Virus record (IMG/VR): IMGVR_UViG_3300044986_000857
DNA: 64,000 bases
Reading direction: 5' to 3' (one strand)
Origin: an uncultured virus (IMG/VR IMGVR_UViG_3300044986_000857)
Taxonomy: Duplodnaviria; Heunggongvirae; Uroviricota; Caudoviricetes
Each line of letters begins with the position of its first letter. Position 1 is the stretch's first letter. The position numbers and the translations under genes are program-made. Positions 9,073 to 19,024 of the stretch are shown in pieces. Under the pieces are notes generated by a model. It was not told the origin of the DNA. It saw nothing but the letters and a program-made list of their open reading frames with translations, and did no database searches.

Positions 9073-10247
9073 CGACGGCGACGGTGCGGGTTCTGCCTCG
9101 CCCACGCCTCTTCGTCGTTCCACAGGGTTGAAAGTCCCGCAGCGGCAAGATCGACCAACGTGGGGAACGACTCGACGACGTCGCCCTCGCTCGCGTTCTC
9201 AATCTCGTCTTGTGCTCTCGCCGCCCCGTACTGGTTGTATCCCATGCCGCTCTCGGCGAGCGCCCACGTCCATTCCAGCCACGCGCTCAAGGGCATCTGC
9301 TCAAACGCAGACTCGATCGCGTGCTGCGCCAGTTCCTTCGTTTCGTTGCGCGGCTGGTCGACGGCGAAGTGCTTGACGGCGTGCCACAGCACACGTCGCG
9401 CTTCTTGACTGAACGGCACGTCGACGAGGTCTGTGGACGTCCTCGACACGCTCTCTGCCGCGCGCGCCTCGCGCGCCGCGCGAGCCTTTTCGTACGCCGC
9501 GTCGGCTTCTTCCTCGGCGATGCGTGCGGCTTCTTCTTGGGCGCGCAAAGCGGCTTCTTGCGCCCGCAAATCGGCCTCGGAGATACGCGATACGCGCTCT
9601 GGTTCTCTGACCGGAGCAAGAACAGGAGCCGGCGCGGGTGCTGCCTTCTTGCCCCCGGTGAAGAAATCGAAAAAGCCGTTGCGTCGCAGGGCGCGCGGGT
9701 TCTTGCGCGGCTTGTCGTCGATCGGCATGCCGAACATGTCGACCTGTCGCGTGTCACTGGCCGCAGGCTTTTTCTTCTTCGGCTTGGCCTCGTACGACGA
9801 GGGCGCGAACAAGCCCTGCTGCACGACCTCGGCGCGCAGCTGCAACTCGCTCTGCTTTCGCCGCTGGCGCTCCTGCTCTTCGGCTTCCAAGCGCTCGCGC
9901 TCGACCCGCTCCGAGATCGCCTTGTAGTCGGGCAACTCGGGCGGCTGGAACGCCGCCGAACGCGCCAGCCGCGCCGCCCGCGCCTCGTCCGACCCGTACC
10001 ACGGCTCGTCGTCGGGGTTGCCGACCGGCTCGCTGCCCGACCGATGCTTCATGTGCTGAAAGATTCCCATGACGTAGGGCCAATCGCGCGCACGGCCCTG
10101 CCGCGCTGCGCTGGCCTTCGCCATGCGCCACAGCCGCTCGTCGCGCGCGGTGTGGACGACGCTCGCCGGGTTCTCGACGACGTCGACGTCGTCGTCCTCG
10201 TAATCGGTATCGGATTCAGCGTACTCGGGCGGGTTGTAGCGCGGCAT
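9069..10247 (-). CDS. Multi-segment protein punctuated by xNP motifs
   Basis: RYNP, VENP, GNP, RKNP, RRNG and RQNP separate compositionally distinct blocks. Confidence 0.8.
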   Translation of the reverse strand: MPRYNPPEYAESDTDYEDDDVDVVENPASVVHTARDERLWRMAKASAARQGRARDWPYVMGIFQHMKHRSGSEPVGNPDDEPWYGSDEARAARLARSAAFQPPELPDYKAISERVERERLEAEEQERQRRKQSELQLRAEVVQQGLFAPSSYEAKPKKKKPAASDTRQVDMFGMPIDDKPRKNPRALRRNGFFDFFTGGKKAAPAPAPVLAPVREPERVSRISEADLRAQEAALRAQEEAARIAEEEADAAYEKARAAREARAAESVSRTSTDLVDVPFSQEARRVLWHAVKHFAVDQPRNETKELAQHAIESAFEQMPLSAWLEWTWALAESGMGYNQYGAARAQDEIENASEGDVVESFPTLVDLAAAGLSTLWNDEEAWARQNPHRRRR

Positions 10248-10253
10248 GCCGTG

Positions 10254-10276
10254 AGTCTATCCCGCGCGCCTGCTAC
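10254..10276 (-). promoter_or_regulatory. Late-type promoter (leaderless spacing)
   Basis: GTAGC-N12-TAGACT, 6 nt before ATG 10247. Confidence 0.7.
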
Positions 10277-10280
10277 GCGG

Positions 10281-10892
10281 TCACGCCTTCTTTCGACGCC
10301 GCTTCTTCTCGGGGTTCAGCAGCGGCGCAGCCGGCGACAGCGTCGGAGCCGGGGCTGGGTCGAGCGGCATCACGATCGGAGCCATGACCGGCACCGTGAC
10401 GTGGACCGGCTCGCTCTGCACCGCGACCGGCGCGGGGTTCGACAGCAGCGGCGCAGCCGGCGCGTGCGGCATGGTCAGGTTGACCGTGACGTTCGGCATC
10501 GCTGCGGGTGCGGGGGCCGGGTTCTCGCGCAGCGGCCCCGGTCCGTCGTCACTCTCGGCGTCGTCCTCGTCTCCGTCCTCGCCGGACGACGACAAGGCCG
10601 AGAGCAGGGCGATGCCTGCGCCAGCTGCAAGCAACCAGAAAAGACCGTTGCCGCCGCTACCGCCGCCTCCCGACGGTGGCGCGGGCGGCATCGGCCCGGG
10701 TGCCTCTCCGAGCTTGCGCGCACGGGGGTCGAGCGCGCGTTCTACTTGCGATACGGTTTCGTATCGGTAGCCGTTCAACCGCACGCCTTCGCGGTCGGCG
10801 GCCTCGCGCGTGCCGTGAGGGTTGTTGCCTCGCCTGTCGGCGACGTCGAACGCCTGACGACGCAGCGCTTCGTGCAACTTGCTGGAACGCAT
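10281..10892 (-). CDS. Pro-rich membrane protein with xNP motifs
   Basis: GGAG RBS; central TM LFWLLAAGAGIALLSAL; NNP, RENP, SNP, LNP. Confidence 0.7.
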   Translation of the reverse strand: MRSSKLHEALRRQAFDVADRRGNNPHGTREAADREGVRLNGYRYETVSQVERALDPRARKLGEAPGPMPPAPPSGGGGSGGNGLFWLLAAGAGIALLSALSSSGEDGDEDDAESDDGPGPLRENPAPAPAAMPNVTVNLTMPHAPAAPLLSNPAPVAVQSEPVHVTVPVMAPIVMPLDPAPAPTLSPAAPLLNPEKKRRRKKA

Positions 10893-10903
10893 CGCGGCTC
10901 CGT

Positions 10904-11446
10904 TCAATCTTCGCCGTCGTCGCCCTTGCCATCGTCTGCGTCGTCGTCATCGGGCGGGTTTTCGCGTGCGCCTTCGCCAGCACCGACCATCGGCATCACG
11001 TACTTCTGCGCCGCCCATAGCGCCGCAGCGCCCACACCCGCAGCGACGGCGAGCTTGAACCACGGCCAACCCTCGTCCTTCTTGTCGGTGCCGTTGGTGC
11101 CCGCCAGCTGCGGAGCAACGTAGGCGGAAGGCGCAGGGGGATAGGATACCGGCGGGGCGACGGGCGCGGAGGGGGGTGGAAAAACACCCTGCTGCGCGAG
11201 AATGGCACGTTCACGCTCCGTCGGCTCGCGGAACTCTTCGTACTTCTCGACGTTGCCAGTCTTGCGATTGCGCACGGCGCGGGCGACGCGCATGTGTCCC
11301 GGGGACGGGAACACGGCGACGAGCGTTTCACGCAAATCTTCGCCATCGGAGTCGATGGTCGGGCTAGCAGCATCCAAGGGCTTACCGCCCTGCCCGTATC
11401 CAAAGATTCCGTCGGGGCCGGGCTGCGTGAAAATGCCGTCGCTCAT
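10904..11446 (-). CDS. Membrane protein
   Basis: Two N-terminal DGIF repeats; TM WFKLAVAAGVGAAALW; RENP before an acidic tail. Confidence 0.7.
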   Translation of the reverse strand: MSDGIFTQPGPDGIFGYGQGGKPLDAASPTIDSDGEDLRETLVAVFPSPGHMRVARAVRNRKTGNVEKYEEFREPTERERAILAQQGVFPPPSAPVAPPVSYPPAPSAYVAPQLAGTNGTDKKDEGWPWFKLAVAAGVGAAALWAAQKYVMPMVGAGEGARENPPDDDDADDGKGDDGED

Positions 11447-11454
11447 GTGACCTC

Positions 11455-11829
11455 TCAGGTAGGCGCGATGGTGCTCTTTTGTCGCGTTGCCGCGCCGATT
11501 GCAAGTACCACGAAGAGCCCGCCCACGACCCACGGCAAGATCGAGGGTGTCTCGCCCTTGATGGTCAACTCGGTTTCGATCTTTTTGTTTGGATCACCAC
11601 CGACGATCTTTCGCAAGCGCTCCCGCAAGTCGTTGACGCGCTTGTTCGCCGTCGCGATCAACGGGTCGAGACGCGCTTGCGCAGCCGTGTCAGGCGGGTT
11701 CTTGAACTCGGCGTCGTTCCATTGGTCGAGCAACGTCTGCTGCTCTGCCTGCGCGGCTTTCAGCTGCGCGTTAAGCTGCTGCGCCGAACTTGCCGCCGCA
11801 GCGCCGAGGCCGCCCAAAACGTATGACAT
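11455..11829 (-). CDS. Small C-terminally anchored membrane protein
   Basis: Starts MSYVLGGLG; coiled coil; C-terminal TM. Confidence 0.75.
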   Translation of the reverse strand: MSYVLGGLGAAAASSAQQLNAQLKAAQAEQQTLLDQWNDAEFKNPPDTAAQARLDPLIATANKRVNDLRERLRKIVGGDPNKKIETELTIKGETPSILPWVVGGLFVVLAIGAATRQKSTIAPT

Positions 11830-11833
11830 ACGC

Positions 11834-12517
11834 TCACGCCCTTCGGAGTCTCGACCAGAGAAACCAAGTGCCCCCAGCGATCAACGCCAGATGCACAAGG
11901 CCCAAGCCGCCTTCGTCCTTTGACGCTGTTTCGGCTTTGTCCTTTTCCGGCGCAACCGGCTTGCCGGTTTCGGGTGTCGTCAGCTTGGCGTCGGGGCCGG
12001 GAATGACGCTGCCGTCAGGGAGGACAGCGGGAGTGCGCGTCTCGATGACCGGGGCGGCGGGCGGGGCGGCGACGGGGGTACGCTCGATGCGCGACTCGCC
12101 GGCAGCGGCGCGAACGTCCTCTTGCGAGGCACCACCCTTGATCGCCGCCATCGCGGCCTCGTTGGCCTTGGCGGCGATCTGCTCGATGCACTTCAACAGG
12201 CTGTCAATGTCGCTCTGCACCTTCTTCCGCGCTTTCGGCTCCATCGACGACGCTTTGTGCTTCAGTCGCTCGACGAGAACCGCCAGCCGTTCTTCATACT
12301 TGCGCTGCTGCTGCTTCAACTCGCGCACCAACTCAAGGCACTTCTTGACGTCGACGCCGACCAACGACGTTTCGGCCTTGGTGCGGGGGCGCAGCATGCG
12401 TCGCGCGACGAGCGGCGAAGCCATCGTCACCGACGGCAGGGGTGGTGCCGGCTCACGCGGACGCAGCGCGCGCTCGGGGATCTTCACTTCGACGCCATTC
12501 ATGGCACAGTAAGCCAT
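11834..12517 (-). CDS. Coiled-coil protein with C-terminal membrane anchor
   Basis: AAGGAG RBS before ATG 12517; ends LALIAGGTWFLWSRLRRA. Confidence 0.75.
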   Translation of the reverse strand: MAYCAMNGVEVKIPERALRPREPAPPLPSVTMASPLVARRMLRPRTKAETSLVGVDVKKCLELVRELKQQQRKYEERLAVLVERLKHKASSMEPKARKKVQSDIDSLLKCIEQIAAKANEAAMAAIKGGASQEDVRAAAGESRIERTPVAAPPAAPVIETRTPAVLPDGSVIPGPDAKLTTPETGKPVAPEKDKAETASKDEGGLGLVHLALIAGGTWFLWSRLRRA

Positions 12518-12539
12518 CGGTTGCTCCTTGAGACGCGCA

Positions 12540-12562
12540 ACGATACCGGACAGCGTTGCTAC
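12540..12562 (-). promoter_or_regulatory. Late-type promoter
   Basis: GTAGC-N12-TATCGT. Confidence 0.65.
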
Positions 12563-12563
12563 G

Positions 12564-12773
12564 TCAGCGACGCAGCGCGAAGACGGCGACGGCAACGAGA
12601 GCCAACCCGCCGACGATCAGGCCGGTGTTCGACTTGTCGGCGTCGTCGCCTTCAAACTTGTCCCCGACCGACATCAACTTGCTCTGCTGAAATGGTGACA
12701 GCTTCGCCGTCAGCGTCGGGCTGATGGTGACGGCGATTTTTGGACGGGGCAACGAACCGATAGCGTACGACAT
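12564..12773 (-). CDS. Small C-terminally anchored membrane protein
   Basis: Starts MSYAIGSL. The tail KSNTGLIVGGLALVAVAVFALRR resembles KSNTGWLIG of the 5529 gene. Confidence 0.7.
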   Translation of the reverse strand: MSYAIGSLPRPKIAVTISPTLTAKLSPFQQSKLMSVGDKFEGDDADKSNTGLIVGGLALVAVAVFALRR

Positions 12774-12781
12774 TTTCTACC

Positions 12782-13498
12782 TCATTCGTGGGCTTCTGGC
12801 CCGAGCTTGCCCTGCCTGCGGGCGTTGACCAACTTGTCATAGAACTGCTGGGGCATCGTCACGCCGAACACCAACGCACCCGCGAAGTCGATGCGCAGGT
12901 CGCCTGTTCCGATCTGATACGGATTTGGCACCGGGTTCGTCGGAGACGTAGGAGCCAGCTGGAACGTCACTTCGAACTTCTGGCCGGCAGGCACCAGCAC
13001 CGTCGACAGCGGATTGCCGAAGCCGACGGTCGAGCCAATCACGCGATCGTTCGTCGCCCACGTAAGGCCACGCTGCACGAAACGCACGTTGTCCGAAGCA
13101 CCCACCAACGTCTGGGGCGCGTTGTAGTTGGTCTCGGTCGTAAACGGCGGCGCACCGCCCTTGAGCATGTTCCACAAGAACCAGCCCTGCGCCGTGCCCT
13201 GCCAGATGCTCGTCGCGGGCGGGGCCGGCGGGTTGTTGTCGACCTCGTTGATCAATGCTGCTGTCTCGCTGGGCGTGCCGGGGTTCGACCGCGCCCACAG
13301 ATGCGGCAGCACGCCCATCACGACCTCGACGGTGTCCTTTGGCACTTGATGCGAGTGGACGATGTAGACGCCCGTGGAGAGGATAGGCGCGTTGCTCGCC
13401 GTCAGATCGTGGCGCTCGTCGCGGTAGAAGGGACGGATCTGCTCGTCGACGAGAAACCGCAGCGGGTCGATCGACGGAAACGGAATGCCGATGCTCAC
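12782..13498 (-). CDS. Putative jelly-roll virion protein (divergent array member)
   Basis: Beta-rich; FLWNML, VLVPAGQKFEVTF and terminal ALVFG strand as in its neighbours. Confidence 0.55.
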   Translation of the reverse strand: MSIGIPFPSIDPLRFLVDEQIRPFYRDERHDLTASNAPILSTGVYIVHSHQVPKDTVEVVMGVLPHLWARSNPGTPSETAALINEVDNNPPAPPATSIWQGTAQGWFLWNMLKGGAPPFTTETNYNAPQTLVGASDNVRFVQRGLTWATNDRVIGSTVGFGNPLSTVLVPAGQKFEVTFQLAPTSPTNPVPNPYQIGTGDLRIDFAGALVFGVTMPQQFYDKLVNARRQGKLGPEAHE

Positions 13499-14418
13499 AC
13501 GTACGCCCCTTCCTTAAGGACGTCCTGACGGTCGTAGTGCCGGATGCCGTGCATTTCGACCCGAACGGTCAACTGCTGATTGCGCTTGCCTTGGTTGCGA
13601 TCGTCAACGAAGCGGTAAGGCAACACGCCGCTGCTCGCGTCGACCTGATACAAATCCATGATCGGGCGGAACAAGAAAGAAACCTGCGCGTCGCGTTCGA
13701 ACAGCCACGGCGTGTCGAAGTCGAACAACTCGCTGTCGGGCGCGATGCGAACCTGCGTGCTGTTGCCCCGCGTGTTGAGCAGCGCGCCGTGCGGCATCCA
13801 ATCCTGCGCGTACTGCCGCCCGCTCTTCTCGTCGATGATGTTCCAGAAGAACGGCAGATACGGTAGGTATCCCCACGTGCCGAGCACCTGTTGCTGCCAA
13901 GTGTATGCGTACGGCTTGGTGTCCAAGTCTTCGGAAAAGCCGCCGAGGCCGGTTGTTTGAAGGTAGTCGTTGAGCGCGTAAATCCAAGGACGGCTCACGC
14001 CCGACACTTCCGTCATGCCTGCTTCCAGCGTCACGACGAGATTCTGCACAGACAGAACGCCCGGCGGCGGGAACAAGATGGGCACTCGATACGTTTGACC
14101 AGCCTTTACGATAGGATTGCAAAGAAGATTGTCAATAAAGTTAAATACGCCCGGGGTAGTGCTTTGTGGAAAATACGGAAACTTTGGAATAGTGATCTGC
14201 TCTTGCGTATTCGCCTTGAACACGACCTCGCCCGACACGGCCGCCGGCACGCCGTCGATCATGGGCGAGGACAAACGCCTCTGAATGCCGTTCAGCTGTG
14301 CGCGGAGTCCGCGAGCGCGGTCGGCCAGCGATTGCAGCCAACCGACACCTTGCCCAGACGAGCCGCGTACAACGCGACCTGTCTCGACCACGCGAGTAGG
14401 GATCCTTCGGTTCGTCAT
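13495..14418 (-). CDS. Putative single jelly-roll capsid paralogue
   Basis: N-terminal helix; WNIIDEKSGRQY; PWLFERDAQVSF; terminal VRVEMHG. Confidence 0.6.
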   Translation of the reverse strand: MTNRRIPTRVVETGRVVRGSSGQGVGWLQSLADRARGLRAQLNGIQRRLSSPMIDGVPAAVSGEVVFKANTQEQITIPKFPYFPQSTTPGVFNFIDNLLCNPIVKAGQTYRVPILFPPPGVLSVQNLVVTLEAGMTEVSGVSRPWIYALNDYLQTTGLGGFSEDLDTKPYAYTWQQQVLGTWGYLPYLPFFWNIIDEKSGRQYAQDWMPHGALLNTRGNSTQVRIAPDSELFDFDTPWLFERDAQVSFLFRPIMDLYQVDASSGVLPYRFVDDRNQGKRNQQLTVRVEMHGIRHYDRQDVLKEGAYV

Positions 14419-15107
14419 CGGTAAGCTCCCGGCCGCTTCTCACCTTCAAGCACGCCCACGATCTTGTACTGATTCTGCCTTGTCGGGCTTTCAAGTGCAG
14501 CGTCAATCGTACGCGCGCCGAGATACGTCGGCGTCACGCGACACGTCAGCGTCTTGCCCCGGGGGAAGAACCACGGAATGTCGAACACCATGCCCGACGG
14601 CGTCTGGGTCGCTGCCGTCCAGATCGGCAAGCCAAGGCCGGGGGCGGGCAGCGTGCTCCACTTTTCTACGTTCACGCAGTACGTCGCCGCCGCCGGAATG
14701 TTTGTCGACTGTACTTCGCGTCCGTCAAAGATGAAGGCAAACTCTGCGTCCATCTGACATTCAAAGTCACTCGACCGCGTATCGGAAGGCACAATACCCG
14801 GACTATTGGGCTGTGCCGTGAACGACGTCGGACGGTATGCTACTTCGGACGGCGCTACGCCCGTAGGGTCCACGACACGGCAGTACGGGTACAGCATGAA
14901 GCGGTACGCCCAGAAGTCCGCGTCAGCAGGCACGTTGAAGACGAGGTTCGCCGCCGCAGCCGTGCCCTGCTGGAACTCGGCCGACGCGACGAGCGGCGTG
15001 TAGACCCGATCGCCGCTGCGCAGCACGCGCGTAGCGTTCGCTGCCTGCCTCGCGCGCTCCAAGAGTCGCGAGGCCGCTTCGGCTTGCGATACGATTTCGT
15101 TGAGCAT
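14415..15107 (-). CDS. Putative single jelly-roll capsid paralogue
   Basis: VPADADFWA; DGREVQ; PWFFPRGKTLTC; terminal IVGVLEGEK. Confidence 0.6.
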   Translation of the reverse strand: MLNEIVSQAEAASRLLERARQAANATRVLRSGDRVYTPLVASAEFQQGTAAAANLVFNVPADADFWAYRFMLYPYCRVVDPTGVAPSEVAYRPTSFTAQPNSPGIVPSDTRSSDFECQMDAEFAFIFDGREVQSTNIPAAATYCVNVEKWSTLPAPGLGLPIWTAATQTPSGMVFDIPWFFPRGKTLTCRVTPTYLGARTIDAALESPTRQNQYKIVGVLEGEKRPGAYR

Positions 15108-15122
15108 GACGCTCCTTTGCGC

Positions 15123-15842
15123 TTATGCGCCGTAGACCTTGTAGCCGTAAAGAGACAAAAACAAACGGTTGGGAACGATCTTGATGTTCTCTTCGTCGAA
15201 AGACGGCGTCTTCGGAGCCATGTTGTACGCCTCGACGCGCACCGTGCTCGCGCGGGGAAGAGTGAACTCCGAGAAGATGCTGTTCTTGAAGTTGCTGCCA
15301 AGCCCGAAACGGAAGCTCGACAGGAACGACAAAGGCACCGCGCCCCGATCGCGGTCAAACGGCCCGGTCGTGATGCCCGGGGTCAGATTGCGTCCCGTGT
15401 TTCCGTCGACGAGACGAATGAGAATGTTGGCAAACGGGTACTCAGGGGTGCCCTGCGGCGACTCCAAAAACAGTCCTTCGGGGTAGTTGTCGTCGTCAAA
15501 AGGAAAGTCGTCGATGATGCTTGACCGCAGCGCCACCATGACGCGCGTGCAAACGAACGCCGCGTCTTCCTGCACGCGAATCGTGCCTCGATACGGGTTG
15601 CCGAAACCCGTTGGCGAGCCTCCGACGCCTTGCTCGTACGTGAAGACTTGAATGCCGTTTTGCCGATCGTTGTCGTCGGTCGCGCCGAACCACGCAACGC
15701 GGTGCTCGCTGGATACGTCGCTGGCTGTCTCGACGGCGACACGGCCTTCCTTGACCTTGGCGATTTCTTCGTCGACCAGCTGCAACGTGCGCCGCGTCGA
15801 GACGAGAAGATCGCGAGCCGCAAACAGTTTTTCTACGCTCAC
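15123..15842 (-). CDS. Putative single jelly-roll capsid paralogue
   Basis: VQEDAAFVC; IRLVDGNTGRNL; FTLPRASTVRV; terminal LFLSLYGYK. Confidence 0.6.
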   Translation of the reverse strand: MSVEKLFAARDLLVSTRRTLQLVDEEIAKVKEGRVAVETASDVSSEHRVAWFGATDDNDRQNGIQVFTYEQGVGGSPTGFGNPYRGTIRVQEDAAFVCTRVMVALRSSIIDDFPFDDDNYPEGLFLESPQGTPEYPFANILIRLVDGNTGRNLTPGITTGPFDRDRGAVPLSFLSSFRFGLGSNFKNSIFSEFTLPRASTVRVEAYNMAPKTPSFDEENIKIVPNRLFLSLYGYKVYGA

Positions 15843-16453
15843 ATGCCCTCCCGATAGCCCGACAGGTAGAGCGCAACGACGTAGGCGTCGTAGCTCTCGT
15901 CCTTCAAGTCGCCGCCGAAAGCAAGAAGTTCAACCTCAAAAGTGAACGTCTCCATCGGTTCGATCACCAGCGGATCGCGAAACGACAGATGGTTTCCGGC
16001 TTCTCGCCTACCGCCCGCGAACATCGACACGCGCTTGTCTGCGTATTGCTTCTGCGTGATCGACGTAAGGAAGTTCCAGCGAAAATAAGGCGGAAGCACG
16101 TTGGCCGCCAAGCGAGGATCGTAGATGCGCGCGTTGCTGGCGGTGTTGACGAAGTATCTGTCAAACGCCAACTCGCGCAGGTACAGACGTGACGCCCCGT
16201 TCGTCCAGATGCCTCGCTTGACGTTGTTGCCCCAGCGCGCGTCGCTGTTGACGGGCGGGATCTGCCCGGCTTCGCCTTCGATGTTGTACGTCGACGGCAG
16301 GTTGTCGAAGCGCACTTCAATGGAGGCGTTCGTCAGAAGCTCGCGCGACACCGGGGGCGACGGTTCAATGCGCTTTCGCGCTCGATCAATCAGCGCATCG
16401 GCGGCCTTGTTCAAGTCGATCAGGGTCGACCAGAGAGAAGAGTCGGCAGTCAC
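15839..16453 (-). CDS. Putative single jelly-roll capsid paralogue
   Basis: FRWNFLTSITQKQY; PLVIEPMETFTF; terminal VALYLSGYR. Confidence 0.6.
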   Translation of the reverse strand: MTADSSLWSTLIDLNKAADALIDRARKRIEPSPPVSRELLTNASIEVRFDNLPSTYNIEGEAGQIPPVNSDARWGNNVKRGIWTNGASRLYLRELAFDRYFVNTASNARIYDPRLAANVLPPYFRWNFLTSITQKQYADKRVSMFAGGRREAGNHLSFRDPLVIEPMETFTFEVELLAFGGDLKDESYDAYVVALYLSGYREGM

Positions 16454-17103
16454 AGGGCGCTCCTATCCGGCACTTCGTGTCCGACGAACGACAGCTTCAC
16501 GCGGTAGGCGTTGATAGCCCCGCCGAAAAAGAAGCCCGGCAGATTGCCTGCGTCGACGACAGACACGAACGGGTCGATCGACGCAAACAACGCGGTGCCC
16601 CCTCCGAGGACGGCGCGACGCGGCAACCACAACGGCTCGACGTATCCGCCACCAAGGAACAAGCTCGGCTGCGGTTGATCGCACCACTCGCGATCGGTGC
16701 CCGTATCGCGAATCTTCCACAAGAAATCGAAGTACACCAGCCGCGAGCCCCACGGCAGAGTAGCGAACACCGTCGTCGGTTCGCCGGTAAAACGATCGAT
16801 TCCTTGCCCGACCGCCTGTACGAAGCTCTCGACGTATGCACAGCGAAACACCGTGCCGTTCTCGACGTTGACCGACCGTTCCTGCGGAACGAGCGATCCG
16901 GCTTGGAAGTCAAACTCGATCGTGTACCGCCGGTTTCGCGCGCCGTCGAAGTCCGTCGGAAACTGCCCGCCGGGCGCGTTCTTCGCCGTGATGGCTTCCA
17001 ACTGCTGCGTCTTGCTTTCCAGCTGACGCTGCAACTTGCGGTACTCGTTGGTGAGGTCGACGATCGCCTGCTGGATGGCGATCGAGTCCATGACGTCAGA
17101 CAC
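16450..17103 (-). CDS. Putative single jelly-roll capsid paralogue
   Basis: GGAGG before GTG 17103; VENGTVFRC; WKIRDTGTDREW; terminal VKLSFVGHE. Confidence 0.6.
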   Translation of the reverse strand: MSDVMDSIAIQQAIVDLTNEYRKLQRQLESKTQQLEAITAKNAPGGQFPTDFDGARNRRYTIEFDFQAGSLVPQERSVNVENGTVFRCAYVESFVQAVGQGIDRFTGEPTTVFATLPWGSRLVYFDFLWKIRDTGTDREWCDQPQPSLFLGGGYVEPLWLPRRAVLGGGTALFASIDPFVSVVDAGNLPGFFFGGAINAYRVKLSFVGHEVPDRSAL

Positions 17104-17857
17104 CCGGCACCTCCACGTACTGCCGCCCCTTGAGGACGAGGCAGACATACGCCTTGACCTGCAAGCCCGTCACTTCGGCCGTGTCGAAGCCGGGCTGGAT
17201 CTCGTTCAAGTACAAGCGCGGCTCGATGTTGCTTCCCTTATCAAAACGAATCGGGCTCGCGATCTTGCGATGCGCGATGCGGCCTGACTGAAACAACTCG
17301 ACGGGGAGACGACCTTCGTGCAGCCGGCGACCGCGCAGGCGGTCATACAACTCCACGTCAAAGCTGATGTTCATTTGATTGGGTATCGTGACCGAAAGCT
17401 GGCCGAACGTACCGCCGAAGAAGTCCATCGGCATCGCGCCGCCGTTCTGGTCGACGACGTTGTCGAAAATGTCGCCGACCGGGCCGATGCGCGGCACTTC
17501 ATAGCCGGGGTCTGCGGTATATCCGATGTTGATGAAGCCGTAGGCCGCGAGGCTCTGCACTTCGAACGTCAACTCGCGCCCGATCAGCGCGTTGCCGTTG
17601 CGGGCCGTAACGGGCGTTGCAGGCGGGTTGGTCGCCGAAACAAGTGGCAGCGGGCCGTAGAGCAGCGGCAGCGCGTACGGAATGATCTTGCCCGGGTACT
17701 GGTCTGCCGGGGCCGGCTCGTTCAGCATGTCGTTGATGTCCGCGAACTTCGCGGAGATCGTGTCCATGAACCGCTTGAAGGGCAGCTGGCGGTGCTTGTC
17801 GAGCAGGTTGCCGAAGTCTGGCTTGACATCGTAGTCGGGTTGCTTCGTGCGGCTCAT
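17096..17857 (-). CDS. Putative single jelly-roll capsid paralogue
   Basis: VELYDRLRGRRL; PIRFDKGSNIEP; terminal VCLVLKGRQ. Confidence 0.6.
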   Translation of the reverse strand: MSRTKQPDYDVKPDFGNLLDKHRQLPFKRFMDTISAKFADINDMLNEPAPADQYPGKIIPYALPLLYGPLPLVSATNPPATPVTARNGNALIGRELTFEVQSLAAYGFINIGYTADPGYEVPRIGPVGDIFDNVVDQNGGAMPMDFFGGTFGQLSVTIPNQMNISFDVELYDRLRGRRLHEGRLPVELFQSGRIAHRKIASPIRFDKGSNIEPRLYLNEIQPGFDTAEVTGLQVKAYVCLVLKGRQYVEVPGV

Positions 17858-17907
17858 GCGCCCTCGCGGTTTGGCTGCGGTTGCAGCCCGTGATTCACTT
17901 GCCGCGC

Positions 17908-17930
17908 ATCCTGTCACAGCCCGTTGCTAC
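17908..17930 (-). promoter_or_regulatory. Late-type promoter for the paralogue array
   Basis: GTAGC-N12-CAGGAT. Confidence 0.5.
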
Positions 17931-17988
17931 GGCACAAGGGCTTGACTCACGCGAACGCGGCGTTACTGAACATACACAAGGGGAAACC

Positions 17989-18957
17989 ATGACCGTCTGC
18001 GGAATCTACGCGATCAAAAACACCGTCAACGGCAAGCTCTACATCGGGCAGTCCCTCGACGTCCTGCAACGATGGCGGCAGCACAAGCACCGTCTCGACG
18101 AAGGCACGCACTTGAACGCCCATCTTCAAGCTGCGTGGCAAATGCACGGGGCCAACTCCTTCCTGTTCCAAGTGCTACGCGTTTGCGAACCTGACGCACT
18201 CGGCACGACCGAAGAAGCCGTGCTCGCCGCTGTTTCGCCCGACCTTCGCTACAACATCGGCCCGGCCGGCGACAACCCCACGCGCGGCTTGAAGCACGGC
18301 GAGAGCGTGCGCGCGAACATGAGCCGCGCCAAAGGCGGGCGTCCTGTCGTCGCGACGAACGTGGAGACGGGAGAAGAGCGGCGTTTCGCGCATTTGAAAC
18401 AAGCTGTCGACATTCTTGGTTTGTCCTACGCGCATGCGTGGGAGGCGTGCAACGGAAAGGGAGGCCGCCCCACCGTGAAAGGTTGGCGCTTCCGTCACGA
18501 CTCCGACTACGTGCCGCCTGCTCCGAAAGAAAAATCGCCGCGCAAGCGTCTTGATCGGCGCAGTCGAGAAATCGTCGGCACCCACGTCGACACCGGAGAA
18601 GAAATCCGCTTTGCGCGTGTCGCGGCTGTGCGCGAGCGCGGATTCATGCGCGAGAGCGTGATCAAGTGTTTGGCCGGGCAGATGAACACGCACGGAGGCT
18701 ACCGCTGGCGCTATGCTGACGGGCTGCCCCACGGAACGCTGGACGATGCGTGGAAGGCCAAACTACGTCAACCTCGAAAGCACGGAAACAGCGCGTCTCG
18801 GCCTATCGTCGGAACACACGTCGTCACCGGAGAAGTCGTACGTTTTTCTTATCTTGCCGAAGCCGCGCGCGCGGTGGGGGTCAGCGGACCCGCGCTCAAC
18901 CGTATGATTGCGGGCAAATCGAAGAGCGCTGGCGGGTATGTGTGGAAATACGAGTAA
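17989..18957 (+). CDS. Free-standing GIY-YIG homing endonuclease with NUMOD-type repeats
   Basis: GIYAIKN...LYIGQS...R...H...N.HLQ; three C-terminal repeats of the type G...R.F...A...G..W. Confidence 0.9.
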   Translation: MTVCGIYAIKNTVNGKLYIGQSLDVLQRWRQHKHRLDEGTHLNAHLQAAWQMHGANSFLFQVLRVCEPDALGTTEEAVLAAVSPDLRYNIGPAGDNPTRGLKHGESVRANMSRAKGGRPVVATNVETGEERRFAHLKQAVDILGLSYAHAWEACNGKGGRPTVKGWRFRHDSDYVPPAPKEKSPRKRLDRRSREIVGTHVDTGEEIRFARVAAVRERGFMRESVIKCLAGQMNTHGGYRWRYADGLPHGTLDDAWKAKLRQPRKHGNSASRPIVGTHVVTGEVVRFSYLAEAARAVGVSGPALNRMIAGKSKSAGGYVWKYE

Positions 18958-18990
18958 AAGAAAAGAGCCGCGAGAGCGGCTCTTTTCTTT
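18957..18990. terminator. Bidirectional intrinsic terminator
   Basis: Perfect 15-bp inverted repeat AAAGAAAAGAGCCGC-GAGA-GCGGCTCTTTTCTTT between convergent genes. Confidence 0.85.
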
Positions 18991-19024
18991 GACAACAATA
19001 GCGACCGAAATCGCTATTATTGTA

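Noticed and set aside
17881..19023. Group I intron carrying the GIY-YIG ORF
   Set aside because: Both flanking genes are complete, the ORF is antisense to them, and there is too little non-coding DNA for a ribozyme core.
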